A stretch of 25,492 bases of DNA from a virus (lineage: Duplodnaviria > Caudoviricetes): positions 1-25,492 of the IMG/VR virus record IMGVR_UViG_3300037484_000954. One strand, given 5' to 3'. The notes below the pieces were generated by a model. The model did no database searches. It was not told the DNA's origin and saw nothing but the letters and a program-made list of their open reading frames with translations. This document shows positions 23,538 to 25,492 of the stretch, piece after piece (position 1 is the stretch's first letter; each line of letters opens with the position of its first letter). Both the position numbers and the translations under genes were made by a program.

Positions 23538-23981
23538 ATGAGAAAAACGCTTCTATTTTTGATGCTGTTGTTGACGATTGCGTTGCCGGCGATGGCCGTC
23601 ACCTTTACGGCGGTCGGCACCGAACATCCCGGGGAATTCACCGCGATCACCGGCGTCGATAATTCCGTGCTCTACCTTGTGACTTCCAGTGGAAAGTTGT
23701 ATTCCCAGGCGATTGCCACGGGGATCCTGACCTTGCTTGCGACCATCTACGACGAAAAGCTCACGGCGATCGTCTACCCGGCGACCGGAACGTACACCTA
23801 CATCGGAACCGCCAGTGGAAGGATTTACCGGCACACGATTTCCGGGAACGCCATTTCCAAGACGACTCTTGCGTCTTGTACTACCCCAGGGGCCGGCATC
23901 GTGGCGATGAAGTGGGACGCAACCTTGACGAAAATCTGGCTCATCACGAACAAGGGGAAAACGTACTTCTGCACACCGTAG
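23538..23981 (+). CDS. Beta-rich protein with an N-terminal signal peptide
   Basis: MRKTLLFLMLLLTIALPAMA followed by propeller-blade-like repeats (TSSGKLY, TASGRIY, TNKGKTY). Confidence 0.75.
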   Translation: MRKTLLFLMLLLTIALPAMAVTFTAVGTEHPGEFTAITGVDNSVLYLVTSSGKLYSQAIATGILTLLATIYDEKLTAIVYPATGTYTYIGTASGRIYRHTISGNAISKTTLASCTTPGAGIVAMKWDATLTKIWLITNKGKTYFCTP

Positions 23982-24010
23982 CGGGATGGGGGGCTTGCCC
24001 CCCCTTCCGC
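23981..24010 (+). terminator. GC-rich hairpin
   Basis: GCGGGATGGGGGGC-TT-GCCCCCCCTTCCGC, with no U-tract. Confidence 0.4.
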
Positions 24011-24026
24011 ACGAAAAGGGGCTCGG

Positions 24027-24662
24027 ATGAACTTCGCGGAACTGTCGATGGCGATTTCCGACTGGCTGAACCGGGATCAGATCGACAAGGTGATCCCCAC
24101 CATTATCCGGTTTGGCCAGCGTGATCTCGAGGACAATCTGAGGATCCGGCCGATGGAGTACCACCCGGCTACGGCGAGCGTGAGCGCAGGAGAGGACGCC
24201 CTGGCGCTTCCGTCGGGTTTTCTCGAGATGATTTTACTGCAGCTCATCAAGGACAACGTGCGCTACCCGATCGTCGACCGGGATTCCCCCCTGGTGATGT
24301 ATTCGGAACGTCCTTCCGTCACGGAAACGGGGACTCCCTGCAAGGTAGTGCGTGTCGCTGATGACCTGGTATTCGACGTTCTGACGGATGTGACCTACAC
24401 CCGGGATTGGATCTACTACCGGCGTTTGGCGGCCCTCGTTGCGGCAGCTCCCAACAACACGAATTGGTGGAGCGAGAACGCCGAGGAAGCCTTGCTCATG
24501 TCCTGCTTGAACAAAGCCAGCCTGTATGTCACCGGCATTCAAGACGGCGACAAGAAAAAGTGGGCTGACGCCGCGCTTGAAACGCGCAACAGACTGATCC
24601 TGAACGACGCCAAGGAAGCGACGGGCGGCCATGTCATGCGGTCGACACCATTTTCGCTGTGA
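24027..24662 (+). CDS. Head-to-tail adaptor-like protein
   Basis: MNFAEL..AISDWLNR..LRIRPME..LPSGFLEM..YY..L..NTNW. Confidence 0.7.
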   Translation: MNFAELSMAISDWLNRDQIDKVIPTIIRFGQRDLEDNLRIRPMEYHPATASVSAGEDALALPSGFLEMILLQLIKDNVRYPIVDRDSPLVMYSERPSVTETGTPCKVVRVADDLVFDVLTDVTYTRDWIYYRRLAALVAAAPNNTNWWSENAEEALLMSCLNKASLYVTGIQDGDKKKWADAALETRNRLILNDAKEATGGHVMRSTPFSL

Positions 24663-24672
24663 GGGGGAAGAG

Positions 24673-25038
24673 ATGAAAAAGATTCTGTTTTCAGTTTTGG
24701 CGTTTGTGATCTTGGCAGCGACGGTGGCGATTGCCGCGGAGGGCGACGGCCCTGGGCAGGGGGTTTGGACAGTCCGTGAGAGGTACAACTACACGAACGT
24801 CACGGCCTCAGATAACACGATCATCAAGGCATCTCCTGGGATGCTCGCCGGAATGGTGGTCCATGGCGGGACCATGGGGGCGATCACCGTTTACGACAAC
24901 ACGACCTGTTCGAGTGGAACGATCGCAACGATCGCCTCTCCGGTTGCCGGCCAGGTCATTCCATTTGGGGTGAACACGATTCGCGGGTTGTGTATTCGAA
25001 CAGCCGCAGCGATGAATATCACGGTGGTCTGGAAGTAG
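24673..25038 (+). CDS. Beta-sandwich virion-like protein with a signal peptide (121 aa)
   Basis: MKKILFSVLAFVILAATVAIA, then IKASPGML..ITVYDNT..GLCI. Confidence 0.7.
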   Translation: MKKILFSVLAFVILAATVAIAAEGDGPGQGVWTVRERYNYTNVTASDNTIIKASPGMLAGMVVHGGTMGAITVYDNTTCSSGTIATIASPVAGQVIPFGVNTIRGLCIRTAAAMNITVVWK

Positions 25039-25040
25039 CC

Positions 25041-25492
25041 ATGCGCCGCCTCTTCCTCGCCCTTCACATCGCCCTTACCGCCCTGATCCTGCTCAACCCG
25101 TGGACGAGTTGGGGGGCTGTCTATTATGTCGATTGCGGGGCCGACCCCGGTGGGGACGGTTCCCTTGCGACTCCATGGGACACGGTTGCGGATGTCAACG
25201 GGGCCACGTTCGAGGCGGGCGACAACGTACTGTTCAACAGAGGGTGCACCTGGCGGGAACAGCTCACGGTGCCTTCCTCGGGATCGGCTGGCAACGTCAT
25301 CACGTTCGGGGCGTATGGGAGCGGGGCGGCTCCGATCATCGCAGGATCGAAACTGGCGAGTGTATCAGGAGACTGGACGCAGGAATCAGGGGCAACTATA
25401 AACTTCCAGAGCGACTTTGAAGAAAACAACTTCGATGAATGGACTACCGTAAGTAATACCAACGGCAACTTCTCTGTGTCCACAGATCAGAA
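25041..25492 (+). CDS. Pectate-lyase-like beta-helix / tailspike-like protein with a signal peptide (3'-truncated by the window)
   Basis: Manual translation: MRRLFLALHIALTALILLNPWTSWGAVYYVD..GDGSLATPW.T..AGDNVLFNRGCTWRE..SGSAGNVITFGAYGSG. Open to the window end. Confidence 0.78.
   Translation, partial: MRRLFLALHIALTALILLNPWTSWGAVYYVDCGADPGGDGSLATPWDTVADVNGATFEAGDNVLFNRGCTWREQLTVPSSGSAGNVITFGAYGSGAAPIIAGSKLASVSGDWTQESGATINFQSDFEENNFDEWTTVSNTNGNFSVSTDQ

Overview
A 25.5 kb stretch of a tailed dsDNA phage or prophage, with no integrase, CI repressor or host genes visible. From left to right it holds: (i) a leftward recombination block (DUF669-like SSB, HNH, Sak4-like ATPase, pentapeptide-repeat gene); (ii) a rightward replication block (Cro-like HTH, HNH, SF2 helicase, Cas4-like nuclease, C5 methyltransferase, AAA_25 helicase, candidate iteron origin, RusA-like resolvase); (iii) a leftward cluster of small early genes (RHH, RadC/JAB, SpoVG-like, Cys-rich proteins); and (iv) a rightward packaging and head block (terminase, P22-like portal, scaffold, N4-gp56-like capsid). 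The most striking feature is at 6327-7626. Five intergenic tracts with strict 5-nt periodicity, (GGY-NN)11-16 with a constant triplet and a variable dinucleotide, flank a 192-aa gene with RAMP/Cas7-like motifs. This looks like a compact RNA-guided system with a non-contiguous guide code and, from memory, resembles VIPR-type loci. Also visible are a complete type II hammerhead ribozyme on the minus strand (14350-14422), a nested out-of-frame ORF with its own SD inside the methyltransferase (M.EcoHK31I-like split), and an antisense leaderless HNH gene next to terL. All protein calls come from motif recognition by eye; no database searches were run.
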